64,000 nucleotides of DNA from a bacterium (lineage in GTDB: Bacteria; UBA8248; JACPRG01; G963555815). A program made the position numbers and the translations under genes. The notes below the pieces were generated by a model. That model did no database searches. It saw nothing but the letters and a program-made list of their open reading frames with translations, and had not been told where the DNA came from. Location: contig CBDHDG010000004.1 of assembly GCA_965261595.1 (NCBI GenBank), forward strand, positions 96,001-160,000. Direction: 5' to 3'. Positions 1 to 10,839 of this stretch are shown here, piece after piece. Within the stretch, counting starts at the first letter, position 1. Each line of letters starts with the position of its first letter.

Positions 1-2158
1 GCTTCAGGGTCTCGGCCTGAGCTACGACTGGGGCCGCGAGCTGGCCACGTGTGAAGCGGATTATTACCGCTGGAACCAGTGGATCTTCCTGAAGATGTAC
101 GAGCGTGGCTTGGCCTACCGCCGGAAAACGTTTGTCAACTGGTGCGAAAAATGCCGCACGACGCTGGCCAACGAACAGGTTGTGGGGGGGCTCTGCTGGC
201 GGCACGAGACCCCTGTCCTTCAGAAGGAGATGGACGCCTGGTTCCTGCGGATCACCGACTATGCCGAAGAGCTCCTCGCCGGACTCGAACACCTCGAGGA
301 AGGGTGGCCCGCGCGCGTTCTCACCATGCAGCGAAACTGGATCGGCCGCAGCGAGGGCGCCCGGATCGACTTCCCCATCGTCGGGGAGGATGAGCGTCTG
401 TCGGTGTTCACCACGAGGCACGACACCGTCTACGGCGCCACGTTCATGGTTCTGGCCCCCGAGCACCCCCTGGTGAAACGTCTTTCGGCCGGATCCCCGC
501 AGGAGAATGCCGTGCGGGATTTCTGCGAGAGGGTCCGGAATCAAGACACCCTCGTCAGGACCGGCGCGGTGGAGGAAAAGCTGGGCGTCTTCACCGGCCG
601 GTTCGCCCTCAACCCGATGACGCGGGAGGAGATCCCGATCTGGACGGCCAACTTCGTCCTGATGGAGTACGGAACCGGGGCGGTCCAGGCGGTTCCCGCC
701 CACGATCAGCGGGACCTGGAATTCGCCCGAAAATACGGCCTGGACGTCCGGATCGTCGTGCGGCCTCCGGGGGGGGAGGGGGGGGGCGCCGGATCGCTGG
801 ATTCGGACGCCCTGACCGAGGCTTACGTCGAGGATGGGGTGAACGTGAACTCCGGCCCCTTCGACGGCCTGCCCACGCCCAAGGCCAAGGAGGCCATCGC
901 CGATTACCTAGAGCAAAAGGGATTCGGCGGGCGCAAGGTCAACTACCGGCTCCGGGACTGGGGGGTTTCCCGCCAACGGTATTGGGGGACGCCCATTCCG
1001 ATGATCCATTGCGGGGCGTGCGGCGTGTCTCCCGTTGCCGAGGAGGACCTGCCGGTCAAGCTGCCCGAGGACATCGAATTCCACGTCGACGGAACCTCGC
1101 CCCTGACCGCTTTGAAATCTTTCTACGAGGTCCCGTGTCCCAAATGCCGGGGGAGCGCCCGGCGGGACACCGATACGATGGACACCTTTTTCGATTCTTC
1201 CTGGTATTTCTGCCGATACACGAGCCCTCGGGAATCCGCCGGCCCGTTCAACCGGGCGGCCGGCCGGTACTGGATGCAGGTTGATCAGTACATCGGCGGG
1301 ATAGAGCACGCGGTCATGCACCTGCTCTACGCCCGATTCTTCAGCATGGTGTTGCGCGATTTGGGATGGCTGGACCGGGCCGAGCCCTTCCGGAATCTGC
1401 TGACACAGGGGATGGTCATCAAGGACGGCCGGAAGATGTCCAAGTCCTACGGCAACGTCGTGGACCCGGACGCCATCATCGAAAAAAACGGTGCGGACAC
1501 CGCCCGCCTGTTCATGCTGTTCGCCGCGCCGCCGGAGAAGGAGCTGGAATGGAGCGATTCGGGCGTGGAGGGATGCCACCGGTTCCTGAACCGCGTCTGG
1601 CGCCTGGTGAGCGCGCATGCGGAGAAGGTGCGGGATCTCGACGCCTCGCCCGGAGATTCGCTGACGCCGGCCGAGCGGGACGTTCGGAAGAAGGTCCACC
1701 AGACCATCCGCAAAGTGACTGAAGACATCGAGGAGCGGTTCCGGTTCAACACGGCCATCGCCGCCATCATGGAGCTGGTCAACACCCTCCAGGCGGCTTC
1801 GCCGGATAAGATGTCGGGGGCGGTCTTGAAAGAGGCCCTTCAGGCCGTCGTGGTCCTGCTCTATCCTTTCGCGCCGCATCTCGCGGAAGATCTCTGGAGG
1901 GAGCTGGGACGCGAGACGGATCTGGCGGAGCATTCTTGGCCGGGCTTCGACGCCGGGATTGCAGCCGAGGAGGTTTGGACCATCGTTGTTCAGGTGAACG
2001 GCAAAGTCCGGAGCCGGATTGACTTTCCCGCCTCGACCGATGAGGAGAAGATCCGCGCCCGGGCGCTCGATGATGAGCGGATACGGGGCTGGATTGACGG
2101 AAAAGAGGTCCGGCGGGTGATCGTCGTACCGGGGAAACTGGTCAATGTGGTTGTGTAA
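1..2158 (+). CDS. leuS: Leucine--tRNA ligase (5' truncated by window edge)
   Basis: Frame is open from base 2 ([17 protein letters not shown]...). Contains [37 protein letters not shown] and KMSKS motifs and C-terminal KLVNVV. Confidence 0.98.
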   Translation, partial: LQGLGLSYDWGRELATCEADYYRWNQWIFLKMYERGLAYRRKTFVNWCEKCRTTLANEQVVGGLCWRHETPVLQKEMDAWFLRITDYAEELLAGLEHLEEGWPARVLTMQRNWIGRSEGARIDFPIVGEDERLSVFTTRHDTVYGATFMVLAPEHPLVKRLSAGSPQENAVRDFCERVRNQDTLVRTGAVEEKLGVFTGRFALNPMTREEIPIWTANFVLMEYGTGAVQAVPAHDQRDLEFARKYGLDVRIVVRPPGGEGGGAGSLDSDALTEAYVEDGVNVNSGPFDGLPTPKAKEAIADYLEQKGFGGRKVNYRLRDWGVSRQRYWGTPIPMIHCGACGVSPVAEEDLPVKLPEDIEFHVDGTSPLTALKSFYEVPCPKCRGSARRDTDTMDTFFDSSWYFCRYTSPRESAGPFNRAAGRYWMQVDQYIGGIEHAVMHLLYARFFSMVLRDLGWLDRAEPFRNLLTQGMVIKDGRKMSKSYGNVVDPDAIIEKNGADTARLFMLFAAPPEKELEWSDSGVEGCHRFLNRVWRLVSAHAEKVRDLDASPGDSLTPAERDVRKKVHQTIRKVTEDIEERFRFNTAIAAIMELVNTLQAASPDKMSGAVLKEALQAVVVLLYPFAPHLAEDLWRELGRETDLAEHSWPGFDAGIAAEEVWTIVVQVNGKVRSRIDFPASTDEEKIRARALDDERIRGWIDGKEVRRVIVVPGKLVNVVV

Positions 2159-2681
2159 ATCGACATGCGCGCGGCTCGGGCTCCTCGCGGCCGGACTGGT
2201 TCTGTCGCTTTCGGCCTGCGGCTACCACCTTCAGGGAACGGGGGGGTCCTCCCTTCCTCCGAACATCAAGAAAATCCACGTCCCCATCTTCACCAACAAC
2301 ACCCTGGAGCAGGGGATCGAGGTCCGCGTCACCGACTCGGTGCGCAACGCTCTCCTCAACGACGGGCGCGTATCTCTGGCCAATGGAATCGCCGACGCCG
2401 ACGCCGTGCTGGAAGGGCGGATCATCCAATACCGCCTTCGCGCCATCGCGTTCAGCACGACCGACCGCGCACAGGAGTTTCGCCTTCGCCTGACGATGAA
2501 GGTCTCGTTGCGAGAGCTGGAAAGCAACAAAGTCATCTTCGACCAAACGATCGTCTCGGACCGGGAATACCGCGTCACCACGGACCTGAGCTCCAACGAG
2601 CGCGCGCAGACCCAGGCGTCGCAGCAGGCCTCCGAAGCCATCGCCCGCGAGCTGCAAAGCCTCCTGATCGAAGGCTTTTAG
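2145..2681 (+). CDS. lptE: LPS assembly lipoprotein LptE
   Basis: Lipobox LSACGYHL; conserved leuS-lptE-holA synteny. Confidence 0.9.
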   Translation: MWLCKSTCARLGLLAAGLVLSLSACGYHLQGTGGSSLPPNIKKIHVPIFTNNTLEQGIEVRVTDSVRNALLNDGRVSLANGIADADAVLEGRIIQYRLRAIAFSTTDRAQEFRLRLTMKVSLRELESNKVIFDQTIVSDREYRVTTDLSSNERAQTQASQQASEAIARELQSLLIEGF

Positions 2682-2683
2682 GT

Positions 2684-3790
2684 TTGGCCGCTTCCCCCGA
2701 CGCTGTTTTCAGCGCGACCTTGAAGGCCCTTGCGTCGGGGTCGGTGGCGCCCGTTTACCTCCTGTACGGGGAAGAGGATTACTTGCAGGAAGAATTCCGG
2801 CGGCGGATTCTGAGGCTCCTTCCCGACCCGGCGGCGGCCGATTTCAGTTGCGAAAGGCTCGATGCCGAGACGTGCTCCCCCGAGGACGTCCGCAACGCTG
2901 TCGAGACCCTTCCTTTTCTGGGGGGGCGGAAGTTCGTCATCGTGAGGCGGGCGGAGCTCCTCGAGACCGGGGTCGAAGCGCTCGCGCCCTGCCTGGAAGA
3001 CCCGCCCGTGTCGGCCTGCCTGGTGCTTTTGGCCGGATCGCTGAAGGCGTCCGCCAAGCTTCTCAAGGCGGTCCGCAAACGCGGCGTCACCGTTCCCACC
3101 AACATATTGAAGGGCCGGTCTCTGATGACCGCGGTGAAAGGGATGGCGTCGCGCCGGGGCTTGAAGCTGGAGGGAGAGGCGCTTTCCCTGGTGGTGGAGA
3201 GAAGCGGCGGATCGCTTTGGCGCGTGGCCTCGGAGTTGGAGAAGCTCGCCCTGCATGTGGACGCGCAACCGCCGGCCGGAGAGAAGGCGGCGGAGATATC
3301 CCTGGAGGTGGTGATCGAGGTGGTGGACGATGGTCGGACGGAAAACCTGTTCGATCTCACCGACGCTTTGGGCGCGCGCGACGCCGCCAAGGCCCTCGAT
3401 GCGCTCCAGCGGCTTCTCCGGCGCCAGCACGCGGCGACCGTTCTGGTCTCGGTGATGGCCCGGCACCTCGTCCGGCTCCTGGAAGTGAGGGCGCTTCTCG
3501 ACGCGGGCGCCTCCGCCGCGTCCGTTCCCAAGCGGATGGGCGGAAGCCCGTACTATATCCGGAAGTTGACGGAGCAGGCGCAACGATTTTCCGACGCCGA
3601 GCTTCGAAGCGCCCTTGCGGGGTTGCAGCGCGCGGACATTCAACTCCGGGGAAGCGGTTATCCGGACAGAATTCTGCTGGAAAGACTCGTGATAGACCTA
3701 TGTCGATTGCGCAACGGAGGGGGGAGAGAAAAGGGCGGGCTTAGGAGGCGGCCGGTTTCTCGTGTTGGAGGGCGTGCACCCGCCGGCTGA
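2684..3790 (+). CDS. holA: DNA polymerase III subunit delta
   Basis: PVYLLYGEEDYL, TLPFLGGRK, ELEKLAL, NLFDLTDAL motifs. Start placed at TTG 2684 just after the lptE stop; the longer ORF-track N-terminus overlaps lptE and is spurious. Confidence 0.92.
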   Translation: MAASPDAVFSATLKALASGSVAPVYLLYGEEDYLQEEFRRRILRLLPDPAAADFSCERLDAETCSPEDVRNAVETLPFLGGRKFVIVRRAELLETGVEALAPCLEDPPVSACLVLLAGSLKASAKLLKAVRKRGVTVPTNILKGRSLMTAVKGMASRRGLKLEGEALSLVVERSGGSLWRVASELEKLALHVDAQPPAGEKAAEISLEVVIEVVDDGRTENLFDLTDALGARDAAKALDALQRLLRRQHAATVLVSVMARHLVRLLEVRALLDAGASAASVPKRMGGSPYYIRKLTEQAQRFSDAELRSALAGLQRADIQLRGSGYPDRILLERLVIDLCRLRNGGGREKGGLRRRPVSRVGGRAPAG

Positions 3791-4025
3791 GCCGGGAAAT
3801 CTTGCGCGAGGCGGTGCGCGAGTGAATGACGCCCTTGGACGAGGTCCGGTCGATGGTCCGGATGGCATGTTCCAGGGCTTCTTTCGAGGCCTGCGCGTCG
3901 CCCAGATCGAGGGCCGCGTGGACCCGCTTGACCGCCGTCCGGTATCGGGTCCGGACGGACTGATTCCGAATCCTGCGCTTTTCGTTTTGACGAGCGGCTT
4001 TTAAGACCGACTTGCTTCGGGGCAC
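3741..4025 (-). CDS. rpsT: 30S ribosomal protein S20
   Basis: KAARQNEKRRIRN...KGVIHSRTASRKISRL. Confidence 0.97.
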   Translation of the reverse strand: MPRSKSVLKAARQNEKRRIRNQSVRTRYRTAVKRVHAALDLGDAQASKEALEHAIRTIDRTSSKGVIHSRTASRKISRLSRRVHALQHEKPAAS

Positions 4026-4071
4026 TGAAAAATCTCCAAGACCAATATTCTAAAACCTCATACCAGCACCA

Positions 4072-4099
4072 AATATAGAGGTTTCGCGGCCGTTGTCAA
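4072..4099 (-). promoter_or_regulatory. Putative sigma70 promoter of rpsT
   Basis: Minus strand TTGACA-N16-TATATT, about 47 bp upstream of the rpsT start. Confidence 0.6.
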
Positions 4100-4197
4100 G
4101 GCTTGGACCCCTTGTGCTTTTCGCCGGGGGGGGCGCGATTTGGCGTTGATCCTACATTTCGGCGGGCCGGCGCGCGGGGCGTCCCGGGCGATCAGGA

Positions 4198-5868
4198 TTG
4201 GCTGCTCCGGCTGATATGTCCTCCGACCCCCATTCCGGCAATGCCGCTCCGGACGAGGCGCAAAAGCTGAATCGAGGCGCGCGGTTGGCCCGCTCCGCCG
4301 GCGTCGTCAGCGCGGCCACGCTGACGAGCCGGATCTTCGGGTTCATCCGGGACATGATTGTGGCCAACGCCTTCGGGGCCGGCTTCACCGCCGACGCCTT
4401 CTACGTAGCGTTCGGCATTCCGAACATCCTGCGCGTCTTCTTTGCGGAAGGGGCCCTGTCCGCGGCCTTCATCCCCGTATTCACCAAGGAGCGGGCGGCC
4501 GGGGGGGACGAGGCCGCGCGCCGCTTGAGCGGGGCCTTTTGGGTAACGCTTGCCTTGGTCCTGGCTGTCGTCACCGTCATTGGCATTCTGGCGGCCCCCT
4601 ACCTGGTGAAGGTCCTCGTGCCCGGGTTCGCCCAGAACGCCGCCAAGTATGCCCTGACGGTGCGCCTGACGCGGATCATGTTTCCGTTTCTCTTTTTCAT
4701 CGGCCTGGCGGCCATCGCCGCGGGCATTCTGAACACCCTCGGTCATTTTCTGACGCCCGCCCTGACGCCGGTTTTCTTCAATTTCAGCATGATCGCCTGC
4801 GCCTTGTGGCTGGCGCCCGTTCTGGAGCCCGCGGCGGCCGGATTGGCCTGGGGCGTGGTCATCGGCGGGGCGGTCCAGCTCATTGTTCTATTGAGACCCC
4901 TGCACAAGCGAAGGCAGCTTCCGAAGCTGCGCTGGGAGCCGGGGCATCCGGGCTCGCGGCGGATCGCGCGGCTGATGGTTCCGGCCATCTTCGGGTTTTC
5001 CATCGCCCAGATCAGCACCCTGGTGGACCGTATGCTGGCGTCTTTTCTGCCGGAGGGAAGCATCTCGTTTCTCTACTACGCGAACCGGCTTCTTCAATTC
5101 CCGTTGGGCATCTTCGGAATCGCTTTGAGCATTGCAATCTTCCCGGCCCTCGCCGCGCACGCCGCCAAGAAGGAGTCGGGTGAATTTTTGGAAATCCTGG
5201 GGGCCGGGCTGCGCCTGGTCCTGTTCGTCTGTCTGCCGTCCGCGGTGGGCTTGGCGATTCTGGCGAGTCCGATCATTCAGGTCTTGTTCGAGCGCGGCGC
5301 GTTTACCGCCGCGGACACCGCCATGACGGCCAAGGCCGCCCTTGCGTACGCCGCGGGGCTGGTGGCGTACGCGGGCGTGAAGATCGTCGTTTCGGCGTTC
5401 TATTCGCTGCAGGACACGCGCACGCCCGTGAAGATTGCCGCCCTGGTCCTCGCGGCCAACGTGGTCCTGAACGTGATCCTCATGGTCCCGTTGAAGCACG
5501 CGGGTCTCGCCCTGGCCGGGGCCCTTTGCGCGTTCCTGAACGTCGGATTGTTGCTGCGCGCCCTTCACCGCAGGCTGGGGGGCCTGGGAGGGCGCGCCAT
5601 CGCAAGGTCTTTCTATCGGATTCTGCCGCCCACCGCGCTGATGGCCGTTATTGTGTACGGTGCGAAACAGCAGCTCTACGCCCCGGCCGGGTCGGTCGCC
5701 GGGCGGGTTTCCGCCCTGGCGGCCTGCCTGTTGTTGGGGGCGGCGGTTTATCTCCTGGCGGCGAAGGTGACGGGCTGCCGGGAGCTTTCGCTTCTGCGCG
5801 AGAGCCTGAGAAGCCGTCAGGCGGGGGGGGGAGGGAAGGCCCTGCCGACCGACTCGACTCCGGAGTGA
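4198..5868 (+). CDS. murJ: Lipid II flippase MurJ (MviN)
   Basis: SRIFGFIRD, DAFYVAFGIPN, FAEGALSAAFIPVF, YYANRLLQFPLGIFG, FYSLQDTRTPVK; multiple TM helices. Start could be ATG 4216. Confidence 0.96.
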   Translation: MAAPADMSSDPHSGNAAPDEAQKLNRGARLARSAGVVSAATLTSRIFGFIRDMIVANAFGAGFTADAFYVAFGIPNILRVFFAEGALSAAFIPVFTKERAAGGDEAARRLSGAFWVTLALVLAVVTVIGILAAPYLVKVLVPGFAQNAAKYALTVRLTRIMFPFLFFIGLAAIAAGILNTLGHFLTPALTPVFFNFSMIACALWLAPVLEPAAAGLAWGVVIGGAVQLIVLLRPLHKRRQLPKLRWEPGHPGSRRIARLMVPAIFGFSIAQISTLVDRMLASFLPEGSISFLYYANRLLQFPLGIFGIALSIAIFPALAAHAAKKESGEFLEILGAGLRLVLFVCLPSAVGLAILASPIIQVLFERGAFTAADTAMTAKAALAYAAGLVAYAGVKIVVSAFYSLQDTRTPVKIAALVLAANVVLNVILMVPLKHAGLALAGALCAFLNVGLLLRALHRRLGGLGGRAIARSFYRILPPTALMAVIVYGAKQQLYAPAGSVAGRVSALAACLLLGAAVYLLAAKVTGCRELSLLRESLRSRQAGGGGKALPTDSTPE

Positions 5869-5897
5869 GACGAGGATCCTTGACGGGTGTGTGAGGC

Positions 5898-6833
5898 ATG
5901 ACCGATTTCGACTTTCCGCAGCGCTATCTGGATTACCTGGCTGCGGAGCGCAGGCTCTCGGAGAACACCCTTCAGGCGTACCGCCGGGATTTGAGGGGGT
6001 TTTTGGCCATGGCCGCCAGACCGCTCGACGGACTGACCCGGGAGGACATCATCGACTTCCTGGAGGCGCTTCGCTCGGCTGGGAATTCTCCCCGAACGAT
6101 CCGCAGAAAACTATCCACGATCCGGGGTTTTTGCCGCTTCCTGCATTCCGAGGGTGGAATGGCGGAAGATCCCTGCCTGGACATCGAGACCCCCGCGGCG
6201 GGCCGTCCCTTGCCGAAATTTCTTTCCGTCGCGGAGGTGGATCGGCTGCTGGCGCAGCCGGACCCCACGTCAATCCTGGGTTGCAGGGACGCGGCCATGC
6301 TGGAGACGCTTTATGCGACGGGCCTGCGCGTGTCCGAGCTCGTGGGCCTTCTCCTCTCCCGCGTGAACCTGGATGTCGGGTTTGTCACAACCCTGGGGAA
6401 GGGAAACAAGGAGCGCGTCGTCCCGTTGGGCGAGGAAGCCAACGAAAAGGTGAAGCGCTATATTGATTGGGCGAGAGAGCAACTCCTTCAAAGACGGACC
6501 CGGCCGCGGGGGAAGGGGGGAGGGAGAGGGGGGGGGAGAGAAATGTCCGAGCCTGAAGAGAAGATATTCCTGAACCGGAACGGTGTTCCGATATCCCGGG
6601 TGGGATTCTGGAAGGTTTTGAAAGGGTACGCCCTGAGGGCGGGCATCCAAAGCGATGTCAGCCCGCACATCCTGCGCCACTCCTTTGCGACCCACCTCGT
6701 GTCGCACGGGGCCGATCTCCGGTCGGTTCAGATGATGCTGGGACACGCGGACATATCCACCACCCAGATTTATACGCACGTCACGCGGGAAAGACTTAAA
6801 GTGATGATTAAAGAACATCATCCAAGAGGTTGA
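5898..6833 (+). CDS. xerD: Site-specific tyrosine recombinase XerD
   Basis: LYATGLRVSEL, GKGNKER, SPHILRHSFATHL, LGHADISTTQIYTHV, HHPRG C-terminus. Confidence 0.93.
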   Translation: MTDFDFPQRYLDYLAAERRLSENTLQAYRRDLRGFLAMAARPLDGLTREDIIDFLEALRSAGNSPRTIRRKLSTIRGFCRFLHSEGGMAEDPCLDIETPAAGRPLPKFLSVAEVDRLLAQPDPTSILGCRDAAMLETLYATGLRVSELVGLLLSRVNLDVGFVTTLGKGNKERVVPLGEEANEKVKRYIDWAREQLLQRRTRPRGKGGGRGGGREMSEPEEKIFLNRNGVPISRVGFWKVLKGYALRAGIQSDVSPHILRHSFATHLVSHGADLRSVQMMLGHADISTTQIYTHVTRERLKVMIKEHHPRG

Positions 6834-6982
6834 TAATGAATGGATTATATTAATTATTAATATATGATAACCCTCTGGGTCCTCAGGGGGCGCGTCACGG
6901 CGGATATCCGGTTTGCGAGGGTTGAATCTCTCTGATATGGTGAGCTTGTCCCCTGGGTTGATGGGGGCGCGGGAGGGATATA

Positions 6983-8011
6983 TTGGAGGAAACGGTCACC
7001 GGGAAAATCCGCCTGGTCGATCCCGCAAGGGTCAGGGATCTGTTCGGCATTCACGATGAGCACCTGCGGAAACTGGAGAAGATTTTCGAGGTGCGGCTCG
7101 TTGTGGAGGACGGAGAGATCGAGGTCCGGGGCGGGGCCGGCCCGGTTGCTTCGGTGGAGCGGCTTTTGTCGGCCCTTCAGGCCGTCATGAGCGAAGGCTA
7201 CGATCTCTCCTCTCAGGATTTTCAGGTGATCGCCCGAGCCTACCGACAAGACGACGAGCTCGATCTGAAGAACCTGTTCGCGTCGCAGATCCGGACGGAG
7301 GGAAAGCGCCGGTTCGTCATTCCCAAGACCGTGGTGCAGCGGAGATACGTCGAGGCCATTCGCCGGCGCGACGTGGTGGTGAGCATCGGCCCGGCGGGGA
7401 CGGGGAAGACCTACTTGGCCGTCGCCCTGGCCGTGGAGGGGCTCCTGCAAAAATCATACAGCCGGATCCTCCTGACCCGGCCGGCGGTCGAGGCGGGGGA
7501 GCGCTTGGGATTTCTCCCGGGCGACATCGCGGAGAAGATCCACCCCTTCCTGCGGCCCCTGTATGACGCGCTCAACGAAATGATGGACAGTGAAAGGGTC
7601 CAGCATCTCATCGAGCGGGGGACGATTGAGATCGCGCCGTTGGCCTACATGCGCGGGCGGACCCTCAATGACGCCTTCATCATTATGGACGAGGCCCAGA
7701 ATTCAACGCCCGAACAGATGAAGATGTTTTTGACACGGCTGGGATTCGGCTCCAAATCCGTGATCACGGGGGATATCACGCAGGTCGATCTCCCCGGGGA
7801 AAAGGGATCCGGACTCATTCAAATCCAAGAGGTCTTGAAGGGAGTCGATGACATCGAGTTTGTTTATTTCACCGAGAAAGACGTTGTCCGCCACCCCCTG
7901 GTCCAGGAAATCATCAAAGCCTACGAACAGTACGGGAAGCGGTCTTCCGGCGATCGCCGGCTGCTAATCGGGTTGACAGGGGACGAGAGCGATGGCCAAG
8001 GCCAACGGTGA
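6983..8011 (+). CDS. phoH: PhoH-like ATPase (PhoH/YbeZ)
   Basis: GPAGTGKTYLA, RPAVEAGERLGFLPGD, APLAYMRGRTL, DEAQN. Confidence 0.95.
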   Translation: MEETVTGKIRLVDPARVRDLFGIHDEHLRKLEKIFEVRLVVEDGEIEVRGGAGPVASVERLLSALQAVMSEGYDLSSQDFQVIARAYRQDDELDLKNLFASQIRTEGKRRFVIPKTVVQRRYVEAIRRRDVVVSIGPAGTGKTYLAVALAVEGLLQKSYSRILLTRPAVEAGERLGFLPGDIAEKIHPFLRPLYDALNEMMDSERVQHLIERGTIEIAPLAYMRGRTLNDAFIIMDEAQNSTPEQMKMFLTRLGFGSKSVITGDITQVDLPGEKGSGLIQIQEVLKGVDDIEFVYFTEKDVVRHPLVQEIIKAYEQYGKRSSGDRRLLIGLTGDESDGQGQR

Positions 8012-10433
8012 GTCCCTGAAGCGGTCGTTATCGACCCGAAAAACCCCACCCGGCATGAGCGACCCGGTGATTCAGTGGGGCGTCGCGATCGGGTTGCTCA
8101 TTGCTCTGACCTTCCTGCTCATCCCGCGCGGGACGCTCCCTTCCAAGCAGCTCGACGCCGGAGACATCGTCCCCCGGGATATCAAGGCGGCCAATGACAT
8201 TCTGGTGGAGGATGTCGAATCCACCGCCAAGATCAAGGAAAAGGCCGCCGAGACCGTCCGCGAGGTCTTCGACCTCGACCCGAAACTGTCCGAGGCGATC
8301 TCCAAGCGGGTCTTGACGGAATTCGAGAAAGTCCGGAAAGGCTACGAGACGCATGCCGCCGAAGCCGCGTCCCGGCGGCCCGCGAAGCGGAAAGGGCAAT
8401 CCGGAGCGGATGCCCGGTTCGAGGAGACGCAGGCCTTCAAGACCCTTGAAGCCGGTTTTTTCGCGGCGCTGAGAATCCAGTCGGCCCCCAATCTTCTGCG
8501 CGTCCTTCGCGAGAGGCGGTACGACCCGGCATTGGCCCGGGACGTGGTAGTCCTGTTGCGCAAGGCGATGGCGCCGGGCGTGGCCGGCAACAGAAAGATC
8601 CTGGACTCTCAATCGGGCAAGGGCATCTCCATTCAGGTGGTCGGGGGAAAGGGGCTCCGGGAGGAGGTCAAGGACCTTCAACGTTTTCAGGACCTCGAGT
8701 CGGCCGCCAAAGGCCTTCCGGCGCTGGCGGAGGAATCGGGGGTCGGAAAGAACGCGCGGGAGCGCCGAGCCCTCGCGGTCCTGGCCGCGAGCCTCCTCGA
8801 GCCCAACCTGACGGTGAACAAGCAGGCGACGGAAAGCCTCCGGACCAAGGCCCGCGAGGCGGCCAAGCCGGTCTTTTTCAACATCAAGAAGGGAGAGATG
8901 ATCGCCCGGGAGGGCGAGCGAATCTCTCCCCAGCAGGTGATCAAGCTCCAGGGCCTGACCGCCCGGCGGGAAAAGCGCGGATTTGCGGGGAACGTCCTGG
9001 GAATCGCCATGCTGATCGCCGTCGCCCTGGCCTTGGCCGCGATCTATCTTCATCGGTTCAAAGCGAAACTGATGCGGTCTCCGCAAAAGGTCGTCCTGAT
9101 GGTGGTCATTCTGCTGGGGACAATCATCATCATCCAGGTTTTTATGCAAGTGGGATTGATGTTCTCCGAGGCGATGGGCTACGGGGACGCCATCAGTTAT
9201 TACTACGCCATTCCCTTCGCCACGGGCGCGATGCTGGGGGCGATCCTCCTGGACCTGGAGGTTGCCCTGTTGTTCTCCGCCCTCACGGCTTTTCTCGCGG
9301 GGCTTGTTCTGCCGCAGACCTTCGGTCTGCCCTTGACCGCGCTGGTCGGGGGGGTGGTGGCGAGCTTCCGCGTCAACCACTACCGGCGGCGCTCGAGCAT
9401 TCTGCTGACGGCGCTCTTCGTCGGCCTGGCCAACGCGGCGGTGATTGTTCCCCTCCATTTGATCGAAGGCAGGCTGTTTTCGGCCGAGGGCGGGTTTGCG
9501 GTCCTGATGGGGATCGCGGGCGGGGCCGTCACGGGGATTGTCGTGTCGGCGATCCTGCCGCTCTTGGAATCGATGTTCAACATCGCCTCGGACATCAAGC
9601 TCCTCGAGTTGGGGGACCTGGACCATCCGCTGATGCGCCAGCTCGTGATGAGGGCCCCGGGGACCTATCACCACAGCATCATGGTCAGCAGTCTGGCGGA
9701 AGAAGCGGCGGAGAAGATCGGGGCGAACCCGCTCCTGGTTCGAGTGGGCGCCTATTACCACGACATTGGAAAGATTCGAAAACGCGAGTATTTCATCGAA
9801 AACCAGACGGGGCCCGAGAATAAACACGACCCCCTGGCCCCGCGGATGAGCGCGCTGATCCTGATTTCCCACGTCAAGGACGGCGTCCTGCTGGGCCGTA
9901 AGCACAAACTGCCCGAGCAGATCATCGACTTTATCCCCGAACACCACGGGACGAGCCTGATCAGTTACTTTTACAACAAGGCCAAGGAGAGGGAGGACGC
10001 CTCGCAACAGGCGGTCAATGAGGCCGACTTCCGTTATCCGGGTCCGAAACCCCAGAGCCGGGAGGCCGGAATCCTCTTGCTGGCTGATGCGGTGGAGGCC
10101 GCGTCGCGATCGTTGCAGGACCCGACGCCGGCTCGGATTCAGAACATGGTCCGAAGCAACGTGACCCGGATTTTCGCGGAAGCCCAGCTTGATGACTGCG
10201 AGTTGACCCTGCGGGGTTTGAATCTCATCTCCAACGCCTTCGTCCGGATCCTGACGGGAATCTTCCACCACCGCATCGGTTATCCCCAGGCGGAATCGCA
10301 GGGCCAGCTCGAGATGGAGGCATTTTTCGATGCCGATATCGCTGAAGAACAGCCAGCGGACGGCGGGGATCGACCGCGCGTGGATCGTGCGGCGAGCCCG
10401 GAGGTTGCTGAAGCTTCTGGGCTGTCCAACTGA
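7992..10433 (+). CDS. 7TM-HD phosphohydrolase (PgpH-like, putative cyclic-di-AMP phosphodiesterase)
   Basis: Large extracytoplasmic domain, 7 TM segments, APGTYHHS, YYHDIGK, HHGT, YPGPKPQS, ADAVEAA; phoH-HD-ybeY synteny. Confidence 0.9.
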   Translation: MAKANGESLKRSLSTRKTPPGMSDPVIQWGVAIGLLIALTFLLIPRGTLPSKQLDAGDIVPRDIKAANDILVEDVESTAKIKEKAAETVREVFDLDPKLSEAISKRVLTEFEKVRKGYETHAAEAASRRPAKRKGQSGADARFEETQAFKTLEAGFFAALRIQSAPNLLRVLRERRYDPALARDVVVLLRKAMAPGVAGNRKILDSQSGKGISIQVVGGKGLREEVKDLQRFQDLESAAKGLPALAEESGVGKNARERRALAVLAASLLEPNLTVNKQATESLRTKAREAAKPVFFNIKKGEMIAREGERISPQQVIKLQGLTARREKRGFAGNVLGIAMLIAVALALAAIYLHRFKAKLMRSPQKVVLMVVILLGTIIIIQVFMQVGLMFSEAMGYGDAISYYYAIPFATGAMLGAILLDLEVALLFSALTAFLAGLVLPQTFGLPLTALVGGVVASFRVNHYRRRSSILLTALFVGLANAAVIVPLHLIEGRLFSAEGGFAVLMGIAGGAVTGIVVSAILPLLESMFNIASDIKLLELGDLDHPLMRQLVMRAPGTYHHSIMVSSLAEEAAEKIGANPLLVRVGAYYHDIGKIRKREYFIENQTGPENKHDPLAPRMSALILISHVKDGVLLGRKHKLPEQIIDFIPEHHGTSLISYFYNKAKEREDASQQAVNEADFRYPGPKPQSREAGILLLADAVEAASRSLQDPTPARIQNMVRSNVTRIFAEAQLDDCELTLRGLNLISNAFVRILTGIFHHRIGYPQAESQGQLEMEAFFDADIAEEQPADGGDRPRVDRAASPEVAEASGLSN

Positions 10434-10839
10434 GGAGCTCAGCGTCCTTCTGGTCGATGACGGCGAGATGTCCCGCCTCAACCAACGCCACCGGGGAGAC
10501 GGCCGACCCACCGATGTGTTGGCCTTTCCCATGCGGGAGGGCGCATTCTCCGACCTTTCGACCGGGTTGCTCGGGGACGTCGTTATCTCGGTGGAGACCG
10601 CGAGGAGCCGGGTCCGGTCGGATCCATCGCCCGGGGGGGAGGGGGGGGCTCCGCAAGCGGTCTGTAAAGGGGACCCTTTGGGAAAGGAAGTTCTCCAGTT
10701 GCTCATCCACGGGACGCTTCACTTGGTCGGTCACAATCATCAGACGCCGGGACAGACGCGGAGGATGAGGGCCGAGGAGCGGCGGTTGATCGGGCCCCTG
10801 TGGCCCGAAGACCCCCCGCGCGGGAAGGAAACGGCTTGA
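10330..10839 (+). CDS. ybeY: Endoribonuclease YbeY
   Basis: PTDVLAF, LGDVVIS, IHGTLHLVGHNH (H3xH5xH zinc motif). Confidence 0.92.
   Translation: MPISLKNSQRTAGIDRAWIVRRARRLLKLLGCPTEELSVLLVDDGEMSRLNQRHRGDGRPTDVLAFPMREGAFSDLSTGLLGDVVISVETARSRVRSDPSPGGEGGAPQAVCKGDPLGKEVLQLLIHGTLHLVGHNHQTPGQTRRMRAEERRLIGPLWPEDPPRGKETA

Noticed and set aside
5898..6833. Tyrosine recombinase as a phage or island integrase
   Set aside because: Sequence features and housekeeping context fit chromosomal XerD; no att repeats or cargo nearby.
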